Shown: positions 11,048 through 20,506 of the stretch, in pieces
How the letters are laid out: the number at the start of each line of letters is the position of its first letter
Numbering within the stretch: position 1 is the stretch's first letter
Source of the DNA: Thermodesulfobacteriota bacterium
Lineage (GTDB): Bacteria; Desulfobacterota_D; UBA1144; Nemesobacterales; Mycalebacteriaceae
NCBI GenBank assembly: GCA_965205855.1
Contig: OZ242184.1
Span: 886,570-950,569, forward strand
Direction of reading: 5' to 3'
DNA length: 64,000 nt
Translations under genes and position numbers: made by a program
The notes under the pieces: model-generated
What the model was told of the DNA's origin: nothing
Database searches by the model: none
Seen by the model: only the letters and a program-made list of their open reading frames with translations

Positions 11048-11937
11048 TAAAACACATGATATCAACAGTCCGGAACATCAAACCGACGCCTGCCGTTTTA
11101 AAAACAAAGAGCGGGGATATTCCAATGTCCAAACCCCTTGTGATGGGAGTGCTGAATCTGACCCCCGATTCTTTTTACGCGGAAAGCAGATGCGCATCCG
11201 TTGACGAATCGCTTTTCAGAGTTGAAAACATGCTTGATGAGGGAGCGGACATTGTGGATATGGGAGCCGAATCCACACGCCCCGGTTCAATTCCCGTTTC
11301 CGAGAAAGAGGAAACCAAACGGCTGATACCGGTTCTTGAACAGTGCGTGAAAAAATTCGGAGATTCAATTTTTTCCGTGGATACAACCAAAGCCGCCGTC
11401 GCACAGCGCGCTCTTGAAAGCGGCGCTTCAATAATAAATGACATAAGCGGTCTTGCGTTTGAGCCTTCCATAGCAAAATGCGTAGCAGAGGCGGACGCAG
11501 CCATTGTTGTTTCCCACACACCTGAACGCCCGGGCAAAATGCAGTCCCGAACGGACTACACTTGCGTCGTACGCGATGTCATAAAATCCCTGAAACAATC
11601 CGTCGAAAAAGCCGTCAATGCCGGAGTGCGGATTGAGTCCATTGTGATTGACCCGGGAATAGGCTTCGGGAAAACGCAAAATCAGAACCTTGAAATACTC
11701 AACAGACTTGATGAATTCTTTGAAATTGGCCGCCCCGTCCTCGTCGGGACATCCCGCAAGTCTTTTATAGGCGGAGTTCTCGGAGGACTTCCGGCTGAGG
11801 AAAGGATTGAAGGAACCGCCGCGACCGTGACGGTAGCGGTGACGAAAGGCGCTCAAATAGTGCGCGTTCATGACGTAAAAGAAATGGCGCGCGTGGCTAC
11901 AATGTCATACGCGATAAAAAGCGGGATGGCGGCATGA
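11044..11937 (+). CDS. folP: Dihydropteroate synthase.
   Basis: Pterin-binding motifs (VMGVLNLTPDSF, IVDMGAESTRPG, DPGIGFGK) are present. An internal ATG at 11125 (MSKPLVMGV) may be the true start; the 11044 start overlaps the ftsH stop (ATGA). Confidence 0.8.
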   Translation: MIKHMISTVRNIKPTPAVLKTKSGDIPMSKPLVMGVLNLTPDSFYAESRCASVDESLFRVENMLDEGADIVDMGAESTRPGSIPVSEKEETKRLIPVLEQCVKKFGDSIFSVDTTKAAVAQRALESGASIINDISGLAFEPSIAKCVAEADAAIVVSHTPERPGKMQSRTDYTCVVRDVIKSLKQSVEKAVNAGVRIESIVIDPGIGFGKTQNQNLEILNRLDEFFEIGRPVLVGTSRKSFIGGVLGGLPAEERIEGTAATVTVAVTKGAQIVRVHDVKEMARVATMSYAIKSGMAA

Positions 11938-12752
11938 GTCAAATTATCGAAATTCTATCGCTGAGTTTTCTCGCCGGCTTTAACATAAAAGATGCCATAG
12001 ACTTGCTGCTAGTTACGGTGATTCTCTACAAACTGATATCACTGCTTGAAGGCAAGCGCGCGATACAGATGATAGTCGGACTGTGTTTGATCTTCGTTCT
12101 CTATCTGGTGTCCGGCGAACTCGGTATGTTCACAATAAACTGGATTTTGAGGGAGTTTCTGAGTGCCATAATAATAATAATCGTGGTGTTGTTCCAAAAT
12201 GACATAAGAAAGGCTTTGTCGAGCATCGGAGGTAGCTCACCGCTGCGGAAATTTCTCAAGAAGTCCGATTATAACGAAAAAACGGTTGATGAGATAGTCA
12301 AGGCGGCAAACTATCTGGCAAACAACAAAATAGGAGCCATTATCGCGATTGAAAGAACAAACAGTCTTATGGATTACTCGGAAGGAGGAATAGAAGTCAA
12401 CACATCGGTTTCATCCGAAATTCTGATAAGCATATTCAATCCGGATTCTCCTCTTCACGACGGCGGTGTACTTATTCAAGAAAACAAAATCACTTCGGCA
12501 GGCTGCTTCTTCCCCATAGACACAAATCCGGACATCCCCAATCACCTTGGAACCCGTCACCGCGCCGCTTTCGGCCTGTCCAATGAGACGGACGCAGTCG
12601 TTGTTGTTATTTCGGAAGAAAGAGGGGAAATCTCCGTAATGATTCAAGACAAGAGAAGATTCAGAATAGATGTAACCGCCTTGAGAAGCACCCTCAATTT
12701 GTTGCTTCAATTAAACTCGGAAAGCACGGGGGCAAAGGAAAGCAAACCATGA
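11934..12752 (+). CDS. cdaA: Diadenylate cyclase CdaA (c-di-AMP synthase).
   Basis: It has three N-terminal TM helices and a DisA_N/DAC domain with LHDGG and GTRHRAA motifs. Confidence 0.85.
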   Translation: MSQIIEILSLSFLAGFNIKDAIDLLLVTVILYKLISLLEGKRAIQMIVGLCLIFVLYLVSGELGMFTINWILREFLSAIIIIIVVLFQNDIRKALSSIGGSSPLRKFLKKSDYNEKTVDEIVKAANYLANNKIGAIIAIERTNSLMDYSEGGIEVNTSVSSEILISIFNPDSPLHDGGVLIQENKITSAGCFFPIDTNPDIPNHLGTRHRAAFGLSNETDAVVVVISEERGEISVMIQDKRRFRIDVTALRSTLNLLLQLNSESTGAKESKP

Positions 12753-13771
12753 CCCCAACAAGTGAAAAAGAAAACAAGCGCGGAGAGAAAATGATAAAAA
12801 ATCGCGCCGTGTCGCGGTTTTTTTCAAAAAATATGCCTTCTCTGAGTTTGGGACGTCTTGCTCTGGCATTTGCTGTCGCGAGCATTATGTGGTTCACCGC
12901 AAACTATAAATCCGATTTAGAAAAAGAGCTTGAAATACCGATTAACTACCTGAATTTGTCCGACAACCTTGTTATAAGCAACAAGCCGAATCTGCCAAGA
13001 TACGCAAAACTGAGAATCAAGGGAACGCGTAGCCAGGTTTCTGGGGTCGCAAAAACCAATGCGGCAATCAACATAGATATGGAAAACGAAGGGACGGGAG
13101 TTTTTCGCCGTCAGGTAAGTCCCGAATCTATCAGTCTTCCACGAAACGTGAAGATAATCAGAATAAGTCCGCGTGAGATTATTTTTGACATCGACACGAT
13201 TCTTGAAAAATTTGTTTCGGTCAAACCCGTCATAGGCCGACCTGGCAGCGGATACAGAATTGACAACAAACCGCAAGTCAAACCCTCCGCGGCAAAAATA
13301 AAGGGACCGAAAAAAATTATTCAGGATATCAAAGAGATTCTTACGAGCCCAATCTCCATTGACAAAGAAAAATCGGGTTTTTCAATAGATGTCGGACTTG
13401 TTTCCCCCGATTCGCGTGTTGAACTGAGCAATATAAAAACTGTCAAGGTAACGGTGAACATATCCGAATTAAATATTGAAAAATCCTTCCGGGATCTGAA
13501 AGTGGAAGTTCACAACGCTCCGAAGACCGGAACATTCAGGGTAAAGCCCGACAAAGCGAAGATAAAATTTGACGGGCCCGAGTCTATTATCAACAGCCTT
13601 CACAGCGAAGACATAATCATATTTCTGGATGCCTCCAACGCCGGAAAACTCCCCGCTGGCGGAGAGGCGGTCTACCGCCTGCGTTCCACATATCCGTACG
13701 ACGACAAAATTCAAGTAATAGAAATCACTCCTAAAAACGCAAAGATAATAAGAGAGGAGACGGAAAAGTAG
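12749..13771 (+). CDS. cdaR: CdaA regulatory protein CdaR (YbbR-domain protein).
   Basis: It has an N-terminal signal/TM region followed by repeated YbbR-like beta domains, and sits directly between cdaA and glmM. Confidence 0.7.
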   Translation: MTPTSEKENKRGEKMIKNRAVSRFFSKNMPSLSLGRLALAFAVASIMWFTANYKSDLEKELEIPINYLNLSDNLVISNKPNLPRYAKLRIKGTRSQVSGVAKTNAAINIDMENEGTGVFRRQVSPESISLPRNVKIIRISPREIIFDIDTILEKFVSVKPVIGRPGSGYRIDNKPQVKPSAAKIKGPKKIIQDIKEILTSPISIDKEKSGFSIDVGLVSPDSRVELSNIKTVKVTVNISELNIEKSFRDLKVEVHNAPKTGTFRVKPDKAKIKFDGPESIINSLHSEDIIIFLDASNAGKLPAGGEAVYRLRSTYPYDDKIQVIEITPKNAKIIREETEK

Positions 13772-13772
13772 A

Positions 13773-15137
13773 GTGCCGCCGGAAAAACTGTTTGGAACCG
13801 ACGGAATAAGAGGAATCTCCGGGGAATTCCCCGTGAACGAATCCGGTTCCCGCGCTATAGGATTCGCGGTAACGAAGGTGTTGAAAAAACAAGCCAATGT
13901 TCCTCGAATCGCGGTCGGAAGAGACACAAGAAAGCGCGGTGATTTGCTTCAACGGAAGATTTGCACGGGAATTGCCTCATGCGGAGGAAAAATCATTCGC
14001 GCGGATATCTGCCCCACTCCGGCGATTGTGGCTCTCGTTCTTGAGAGCCGCGCGGATGCGGGAGTTATGATTTCCGCCTCTCACAACCCGCCCGAATACA
14101 ACGGCTTCAAAATATTCAACTCCAAAGGCTTAAAGATTGGCTTGAGCGAGGAAAGTGAAATCCAAAAAAAGTTTGAGAAATTGAAATACGACACCCCAAC
14201 TGACGGTTTGAAAACAATACCGGAAGAAAAACCTGACTGGGAAAAAACATACTCTTCCTCTCTTGATACGTCAGCGCGGGAAGGACGCGACTTTTCGGGA
14301 ATGACAATCTGCCTTGACTGCGCCAACGGCGCAATGTTTAAAATAGCACCGAAGGTTTTTGAAAAAACCGGAGCAAAAATGTTTCTGACAGGTACAGAAC
14401 CTGATGGCAAAAACATAAACAAAGACTGCGGAAGCCTTGAAACCTCACTGCTCGGCAAGATGGTCAGGGAAAGCGGAGCCGCTTTCGGAGCGGCCCTTGA
14501 CGGAGATGGAGATAGGGTCGCTTTTTGTGATGAGAATGGAAACGAGGTAGACGGAGACATAATCATAGCCCTTTTTGCGCGAGAAATGCTGGAAAATGGC
14601 GCGTTGAAAAAACCGCTTGTGGCAACGACGGTTATGAGCAACAAGGGGCTTGAAATATTCCTGCAAAAAACGGGAATAGAAATAGTCAGAACGGATGTGG
14701 GAGATAGAAATGTGTCTGATATTATGAGGAAAGAACTCATAAACTTTGGAGGTGAAAAATCCGGTCATCTGATATTTTCAGACTATTCAACCAATGGAGA
14801 CGGATTGCTCGCCGCCCTGCTGATCGCGGATATTGTAAAGAAAAAAAACAAACCTTTTTCGCAAATACTTCCCCAATTTGAACTTTTCCCTCATATTCTT
14901 GCCAATTTGCGAGTTGCTCAAAGAGAGCCCTTCGACCAAATGCCCGGACTCACCGAAGAGATTCCGAAGCTTGAACAATACCTCGGCAACGGGGGAAGAA
15001 TCCATATGCGCTATTCCGGAACGGAACCTCTCGCGAGAATCCTTGTGGAGGGAAAAAACCACCGGGCTGTTAGGGAAGCCGCGGACAAAATCGTCGATAT
15101 TGTGGAGCGAAGAGTCGGAGCGGGGCGGAGAAACTAA
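13773..15137 (+). CDS. glmM: Phosphoglucosamine mutase.
   Basis: It carries the phosphohexomutase signature with the active-site SASHNP motif, at 454 aa. Confidence 0.85.
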   Translation: MPPEKLFGTDGIRGISGEFPVNESGSRAIGFAVTKVLKKQANVPRIAVGRDTRKRGDLLQRKICTGIASCGGKIIRADICPTPAIVALVLESRADAGVMISASHNPPEYNGFKIFNSKGLKIGLSEESEIQKKFEKLKYDTPTDGLKTIPEEKPDWEKTYSSSLDTSAREGRDFSGMTICLDCANGAMFKIAPKVFEKTGAKMFLTGTEPDGKNINKDCGSLETSLLGKMVRESGAAFGAALDGDGDRVAFCDENGNEVDGDIIIALFAREMLENGALKKPLVATTVMSNKGLEIFLQKTGIEIVRTDVGDRNVSDIMRKELINFGGEKSGHLIFSDYSTNGDGLLAALLIADIVKKKNKPFSQILPQFELFPHILANLRVAQREPFDQMPGLTEEIPKLEQYLGNGGRIHMRYSGTEPLARILVEGKNHRAVREAADKIVDIVERRVGAGRRN

Positions 15138-15139
15138 AG

Positions 15140-15871
15140 TTGGTCGGGTTGAATATCAATATAGACCATATTGCCACTCTCAGACGGGCACGAGGCGGAG
15201 AGGAACCGAGTCCAATCAGAGCCGCTCGCGTAGCGGAGAAAGCCGGAGCGGCAGGCATTGTAGCTCATCTCAGAGAAGACAGAAGGCACATAACGGACAA
15301 TGACCTTTACGGGTTGAAAAAATCCGTAAAAACAAAGCTCAACATGGAAATGGCGGCTACCGATGAAATGCTTGCAATAGCCCTGTCCGTGCTTCCTGAT
15401 ATGGCAACCATTGTGCCGGAAAAAAGAGAGGAACTAACAACGGAGGAAGGTCTTGATGTCGCGGGAAATCGGTTGAAAATCAGGCGCGTTGTCTCAGCCC
15501 TTTCGGAAAGCGGAATAACGGTCAGTTTGTTTATAGATCCGGTTTTTGAACAAATAGAGGCGGCGGCGGATGCGGGAGCGAGAATGGTCGAAATACACAC
15601 GGGCGCGTTTGCTAATCAGTGTTTGGAAAAAGAGAAAGAAAAAGAATTTCAAATGATAGAAAAATCAGTTCCATACGCGCTTGACATGGGTTTACAGGTT
15701 TCAGCCGGGCACGGACTTGACTATGAAAACACCAAAGCAATAGCATCATTGGAAGGAATTAAAGAACTGAACATCGGATACGGAGTAGTATCAAGAGCGG
15801 TTTTTTACGGTATGAAACGCGCGGTTGAAGATATGGTTGCCATAATCGCGAAAGCCTCGGAGAGGAAATGA
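15140..15871 (+). CDS. pdxJ: Pyridoxine 5'-phosphate synthase.
   Basis: It has the N-terminal NIDHIATLR and HLREDRRH signatures, at 243 aa. Confidence 0.85.
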   Translation: MVGLNINIDHIATLRRARGGEEPSPIRAARVAEKAGAAGIVAHLREDRRHITDNDLYGLKKSVKTKLNMEMAATDEMLAIALSVLPDMATIVPEKREELTTEEGLDVAGNRLKIRRVVSALSESGITVSLFIDPVFEQIEAAADAGARMVEIHTGAFANQCLEKEKEKEFQMIEKSVPYALDMGLQVSAGHGLDYENTKAIASLEGIKELNIGYGVVSRAVFYGMKRAVEDMVAIIAKASERK

Positions 15872-16245
15872 TACTCGGAATCGGAACCGACATTGTGGAC
15901 AACAAAAGAATTGCCTCTGTGGTTTCAAAACATGGAGACAGATTTATAAAAAAACTTTTCTCCGCGCGTGAGAGAAAAATTTTTCAAAAATTCAAGGGTG
16001 ACGAACAAAAACTGGGAACGTCTTTTGCCGCAAAGGAATCTCTTGTAAAAGCCATGGGAACCGGCTTCAGGTACGGAATATCTTTTTTAAACATTGAAGT
16101 GCTGAGAGGCAGACACGGGAAACCTCTTATCAAACTGTCCGGCAAGGCGGAAGAAGTTGCCCGGGCGATGGGAGTGAAACGTATACACCTGTCCATGTCA
16201 AACGAAAAATCACACAGTCTGGCGGTTGTCATTCTTGAAAGTTAA
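15868..16245 (+). CDS. acpS: Holo-[acyl-carrier-protein] synthase.
   Basis: It has the N-terminal GIGTDIV motif, at 125 aa. Confidence 0.8.
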   Translation: MILGIGTDIVDNKRIASVVSKHGDRFIKKLFSARERKIFQKFKGDEQKLGTSFAAKESLVKAMGTGFRYGISFLNIEVLRGRHGKPLIKLSGKAEEVARAMGVKRIHLSMSNEKSHSLAVVILES

Positions 16246-17512
16246 AAAAGACCCCTTTAAATACCTGGATTCGCTTGAACAACACACCGTAAAGCCCGGG
16301 CTTGAAAGAATCTCAAACGTTCTGAAAGCGGAAGGAAACCCGCATCTTGCCCTGAATACGGTTCTCATAGCCGGGACAAATGGAAAAACCTCCACCGCAT
16401 CAATACTGGCGGAAATTCTTACGGCGGGCGGTTTTTCAATTGGGCTTTACACTTCCCCGCATCTCATACGGCTCGGGGAAAGAATAAAAATATCCGGACG
16501 GGAAATTCCGATTTCCGTTCTTGGAGAATTGCTTTGCCGGGCACGCCGCCTTTCGGAAAACCTGAACCTTCAGATGAGTTATTTTGAAACACTTACCGCC
16601 GCCGCTTTTATTTATTTTAAGGAAAAAAGAGTTGATGCCGCGGTTTTTGAAGTTGGAATGGGAGGAAGGTGGGACGCGGTAAATGTCGCGCAACCTGTGG
16701 TGTCGGCAATTACCAATATCTCAATGGACCATATGCGGTATCTGGGAAGTACATTGGAAGAGATTGCTCTGGAAAAGGCGGGAATAATAAAACGGGAAAC
16801 TCCTCTTGTTACCGCTGCCGGAGAAGTGGCCCTTGGCGTGATTGAAAAAAAATGTGAAGAAAAACGCGCTCCGATTTTCAGAAACGAAAAAGAGTTTTTC
16901 TGCAGTGAAACTGAAAATGGAGCTTTTAATTACGCCGGACCACGGTGGACGGTGAATAACATCCGACCGGAAATAAAGGGAAGTTTTCAGCGGGCAAACG
17001 CCTGCGTCGCGCTTGCCTGTGCAGAGGTAATAGACCGTCTCAAAGGTTTTAACATTCCACCGGAGCGGGTGAGAAAAGCTGTCGGACAAACCCGTGTCGT
17101 TGGGAGAATGGAGTATGCGCGGACAAATCCTCCCTTCATTATAGACGGCGCTCACAATCCCGCATCGGCGCGGCACCTTGTGGAATCTCTCGGGGAACTT
17201 CACCGGGGGCTGCGGTTTGTTTTTGTCATAGCAATGTCCGGAGACAAAGACCACGCGGAATTTATAAAACAGATAGCACCGGTCTGCTTGCGTCTGATAC
17301 TCACCCGAAGTCCGGACGGGAAAAGCGCGCAACCGGAAACTTTGAGAAAATTCGCGCCGACAAACACTGAAACAGAAATAGCGGCAACACCCGAACGCGC
17401 GCTTGAAAAAGCCCGTCAAACCGCCCTGCCCTGTTGCGTAACCGGCTCTTTGTACTTTGCCGGAGAGGTGAAAAAACTAATTTCACGACCCGATTTTTCA
17501 ATCGAGGTTTAG
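16226..17512 (+). CDS. folC: Bifunctional folylpolyglutamate synthase / dihydrofolate synthase.
   Basis: It has the Mur-ligase-type P-loop (GTNGKTST) and an FPGS C-terminal domain. Confidence 0.8.
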   Translation: MSFLKVKKDPFKYLDSLEQHTVKPGLERISNVLKAEGNPHLALNTVLIAGTNGKTSTASILAEILTAGGFSIGLYTSPHLIRLGERIKISGREIPISVLGELLCRARRLSENLNLQMSYFETLTAAAFIYFKEKRVDAAVFEVGMGGRWDAVNVAQPVVSAITNISMDHMRYLGSTLEEIALEKAGIIKRETPLVTAAGEVALGVIEKKCEEKRAPIFRNEKEFFCSETENGAFNYAGPRWTVNNIRPEIKGSFQRANACVALACAEVIDRLKGFNIPPERVRKAVGQTRVVGRMEYARTNPPFIIDGAHNPASARHLVESLGELHRGLRFVFVIAMSGDKDHAEFIKQIAPVCLRLILTRSPDGKSAQPETLRKFAPTNTETEIAATPERALEKARQTALPCCVTGSLYFAGEVKKLISRPDFSIEV

Positions 17513-18256
17513 AAATTGACACATCTTGGAAACCCTGTTGAACGTCAGGTCTCCCAGCTCGTGTTCAAGTTCGTTTTTTCCGTATTTTGTTGTGAGAATT
17601 ATTTTCCCCACCGCGCTGTGTCTTGCCAAAATCAATCTTTCAAGAATACCCTTTTCCCAGTCGGTAAGACCGCGCCCTCCGAACCCAACGCCATCAACCA
17701 CAAGCAACTCGACATTGAGAAACCGGCGGAGAAAGGCACGTTCCGAAACCCCTTCACCTCTGTCCTTTATTTGAAGTATAAAATCACCGAAATCTTGAAA
17801 CAGACAGTCTATGCCCTGTTTGAGTGTCTGATCGGCGACCGTGGCGGCGGCAAGATAGGTTTTTCCGCGTCCCGGGGGGCCTGTGAGTACAAAACCCTTT
17901 GCCACCGGATAGGAGTCTATAAAACCACGAATGTAGCTGCAGGCCAAAGCTGACTCCTTTGTGCCCAAATCTTCTACTTTGGCAGACACCATAGCAGACG
18001 GTATGCGCGCTTTGTTGTATTTTTTAATATTGCCGTAAAGCGCCGAGCATTGATCACAGGGAACAACGCACCTGTAGTTATCTTTGTCTCTTTGAACCAT
18101 AACGCCCCGTCCTTCGCATTGTTCGCAATTTTTTTTGCATTCACAAACACTTGCGTGCGCGAAAGGTTTTTCCTCGCCCAGGATAAAACCTCCCCCGCCG
18201 CATCTATCGCACGTCTTCACTTTCCATCCCGTTTGCCGAAGAAAACAGCCCGTCAA
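17498..18256 (-). CDS. DnaI/DnaC-like AAA+ helicase-loader homolog with an N-terminal Cys-rich zinc module.
   Basis: It has two CxxCxGxG motifs (CDRCGGGG, CEQCEGRG) plus further Cys pairs, Walker A (GPPGRGKTYLA) and an atypical Walker B (LLVVDGVG). Confidence 0.6.
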   Translation of the reverse strand: MTGCFLRQTGWKVKTCDRCGGGGFILGEEKPFAHASVCECKKNCEQCEGRGVMVQRDKDNYRCVVPCDQCSALYGNIKKYNKARIPSAMVSAKVEDLGTKESALACSYIRGFIDSYPVAKGFVLTGPPGRGKTYLAAATVADQTLKQGIDCLFQDFGDFILQIKDRGEGVSERAFLRRFLNVELLVVDGVGFGGRGLTDWEKGILERLILARHSAVGKIILTTKYGKNELEHELGDLTFNRVSKMCQFLNLD

Positions 18257-18884
18257 GACCGGATTCCCTCATAATAATTTCATTCAGACAACCCGCCAAC
18301 GCTTTTTTTCTGTCACCCTTGTTTATAAAGCTCCTTCCAGAAACCGCCTCGCGCGCTTGCTTGTTTACGCGTTCTGTGCGCTCCAGGTCAAAACCCGCAA
18401 CCAGTTCTCTGCACATCCTGTCGCGTAATGTTTCCAAAAAATCACCCACGCTGTTTGCTTTTACTCCAGCTCTGGAAAGTTGTTTGCTGGCTTTTTCAAG
18501 GCACCTCTTCACATTGTCGTCCTTTTCCCTTGCCAGAGCTTTTCGCACATTGCGTGAAACTGCCGCAATCACCGAGTGAACAAACTGTTCCGGCGGCATT
18601 TGCCGGGAAGAAACTTTAGAAATGCCGCCGGCAAGAGAACGGGACTTTATGAAAGATTCCTCAACAAAACGGCTGCATCCCGATATCCGTAGCCTCTCCG
18701 GTCTGGAGCTGTTTTCAAAAGCCTTTTTTATCCCAAGAAGAACATCGCGCTTCGGAACTCCCTCCCGTTTCCACTGTATCAAAAGATAGTCGTCCTCGGA
18801 TGAGATTATCGCCCTACCGACAAGGGAGCAGAAATAGTCTTTTATTTCCCTCATATAGCTGCTTTCGGATATCAAATCGGTCAT
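18204..18884 (-). CDS. Hypothetical protein; possible DnaD-domain primosomal helper.
   Basis: The segment DDYLLIQWKREGVPKRDVLLGIKKAFEN resembles DnaD-domain helices. It is cotranscribed between rpe and the DnaI-like gene with 4-nt and 53-nt overlaps. Confidence 0.35.
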   Translation of the reverse strand: MTDLISESSYMREIKDYFCSLVGRAIISSEDDYLLIQWKREGVPKRDVLLGIKKAFENSSRPERLRISGCSRFVEESFIKSRSLAGGISKVSSRQMPPEQFVHSVIAAVSRNVRKALAREKDDNVKRCLEKASKQLSRAGVKANSVGDFLETLRDRMCRELVAGFDLERTERVNKQAREAVSGRSFINKGDRKKALAGCLNEIIMRESGLDGLFSSANGMESEDVR

Positions 18885-19558
18885 TGGGAAGTCCGCGGAG
18901 CAATCTCTTTCATATCCCTTACCGCTTTGGCTATATCGTCCCGCCCGAATATACCGGAACCGCTCACCACCGCATCCGCGCCGGATTCCACAACCGCTTT
19001 GGCTTTTTCAAAATGCAATCCGCCGTCCACTTCAATAATTGGAACCCCTTCGGTTGGAGGACCGAGAATACCGCGCACTGCTTCTATTTTTTTCAATGAC
19101 GACTCCATAAATTTCTGCCCCGAAAATCCCGGCTCAACGGACATGATAAGAACAATGTCCGCCACCGACAAAGCGCCTTCAATTGAAGAAACCGGAGTTG
19201 AAGGATTAAGAGCGACTCCCGCCATAACGCCAAGCGAACGGATATCCGAAAGCACGGACGAAACATCATCGCATGTTTCAACCTGGACCGTAATGTTGTT
19301 CAGTCTGTCTCCTCCGGCCTTGACAAACGCGCGGATTATCTTCTCGGGATTGTTAATCATCAAATGAACATCCATCGGCGGACACTCAATATTTGAAAGA
19401 GATTTAACCACAGGAAGGCCTATGCTTATGTTTGGAACAAAGCAACCGTCCATAACATCAACATGTATCCAATCTGCGCCGGCATCGGCGACGGCAAGAA
19501 CCTGTTCGCCAAGTTTTGTAAAATCGGCAGCGAGTATTGAAGGAGCAACAATGGCCAT
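18881..19558 (-). CDS. rpe: Ribulose-phosphate 3-epimerase.
   Basis: It has the MAIVAPSILAADF start and Rpe barrel motifs (HVDVMDG, MSVEPGFSGQ). I trimmed the 64 N-terminal codons of the track ORF as non-homologous. Confidence 0.85.
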   Translation of the reverse strand: MAIVAPSILAADFTKLGEQVLAVADAGADWIHVDVMDGCFVPNISIGLPVVKSLSNIECPPMDVHLMINNPEKIIRAFVKAGGDRLNNITVQVETCDDVSSVLSDIRSLGVMAGVALNPSTPVSSIEGALSVADIVLIMSVEPGFSGQKFMESSLKKIEAVRGILGPPTEGVPIIEVDGGLHFEKAKAVVESGADAVVSGSGIFGRDDIAKAVRDMKEIAPRTSQ

Positions 19559-19731
19559 TGCACGATAGATTATATCATAAACCGCCCCGCCCCACCGTAC
19601 CACAACCGGAGTGGTGGGGCGAAAACCCGCGCGCGAATGCCATCTCCGCACCGACACCGGTTTTGCTTGTCCATCTGGTTTCGGCACGGGTTGTGTGATA
19701 GATTTTATTTTAAAGGCGGGAGGCACATGCA

Positions 19732-19929
19732 ATGAGTGAAAAAACGACAATACAGATTCTCAAAGACGGTCCGCTGATTGTGTCCGGAATGTTTGAGATA
19801 ACCGGTTCTTCCAACGAAAAAATCGACTGCCGAGACAAAGTTGCCCTTTGCAGATGCGGCGCTTCGGCAACCAAACCGTTTTGTGACGGAACTCATAAAA
19901 AAATCGGGTTCCAAGAATCAAGAGACTGA
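19732..19929 (+). CDS. CDGSH-type iron-sulfur domain protein.
   Basis: The C-terminal motif is CRCGASATKPFCDGTH, at 65 aa. Confidence 0.7.
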   Translation: MSEKTTIQILKDGPLIVSGMFEITGSSNEKIDCRDKVALCRCGASATKPFCDGTHKKIGFQESRD

Positions 19930-19951
19930 CAGAAGACTCAGGAGGTCTATC

Positions 19952-20506
19952 ATGGCACTTACACCATCCAACATGGTTCCGCTCGGGATGAAAGCCCCCG
20001 ATTTCAATCTTCCCGATGTTATAAGCGGACAGAATAAAACTCTGGGGGACTTTCAATCCAACTTGGCAACCGTTGTGGTGTTTATATGTAACCACTGCCC
20101 TTATGTGAAACATATTCAGAGCGGACTCGTCTCTCTTGCCGAAAATTACATTCCGCGCGGCGTGTTGTTTGTCGCAATCAATTCAAATGATGTTGAGAAC
20201 TATCCCGAGGACTCGCCCGGGAAAATGCTTGAAGAAGCCAAACGGTTCAACTACCCGTTCGCGTATCTATTCGATGAAACACAGGAAGTGGCAAAGTCAT
20301 ATGACGCCGCATGTACGCCTGATTTCTTTGTTTTTGACAAAGATTTTTTCTGTGTTTATAGAGGGCAGATGGACGATTCAAGACCCGAAAACGGAAAGCC
20401 TGTCACCGGCAAAGACATAAAAAACGCCCTTGACCGTATTATTAAAGGGAACCCTCCGGTTGAAAATCAGATTCCGAGCATGGGATGCAACATAAAGTGG
20501 AAATAG
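19952..20506 (+). CDS. Thioredoxin-fold thiol-disulfide oxidoreductase (AhpC/TSA-like).
   Basis: It has a CxxC site (CNHCPY) in a thioredoxin-like fold, with a GGAGG ribosome-binding site 7 nt upstream of the ATG at 19952. Confidence 0.7.
   Translation: MALTPSNMVPLGMKAPDFNLPDVISGQNKTLGDFQSNLATVVVFICNHCPYVKHIQSGLVSLAENYIPRGVLFVAINSNDVENYPEDSPGKMLEEAKRFNYPFAYLFDETQEVAKSYDAACTPDFFVFDKDFFCVYRGQMDDSRPENGKPVTGKDIKNALDRIIKGNPPVENQIPSMGCNIKWK

Noticed and set aside
19559-19750. 64-codon N-terminal extension of the rpe track ORF, plus a CCCCACC...GGTGGGG hairpin in the rpe/CDGSH divergent intergenic region.
   Set aside because: The extension lacks homology and Rpe starts at MAIVAPSIL. The hairpin is a single imperfect stem with no recognisable riboswitch or terminator context.
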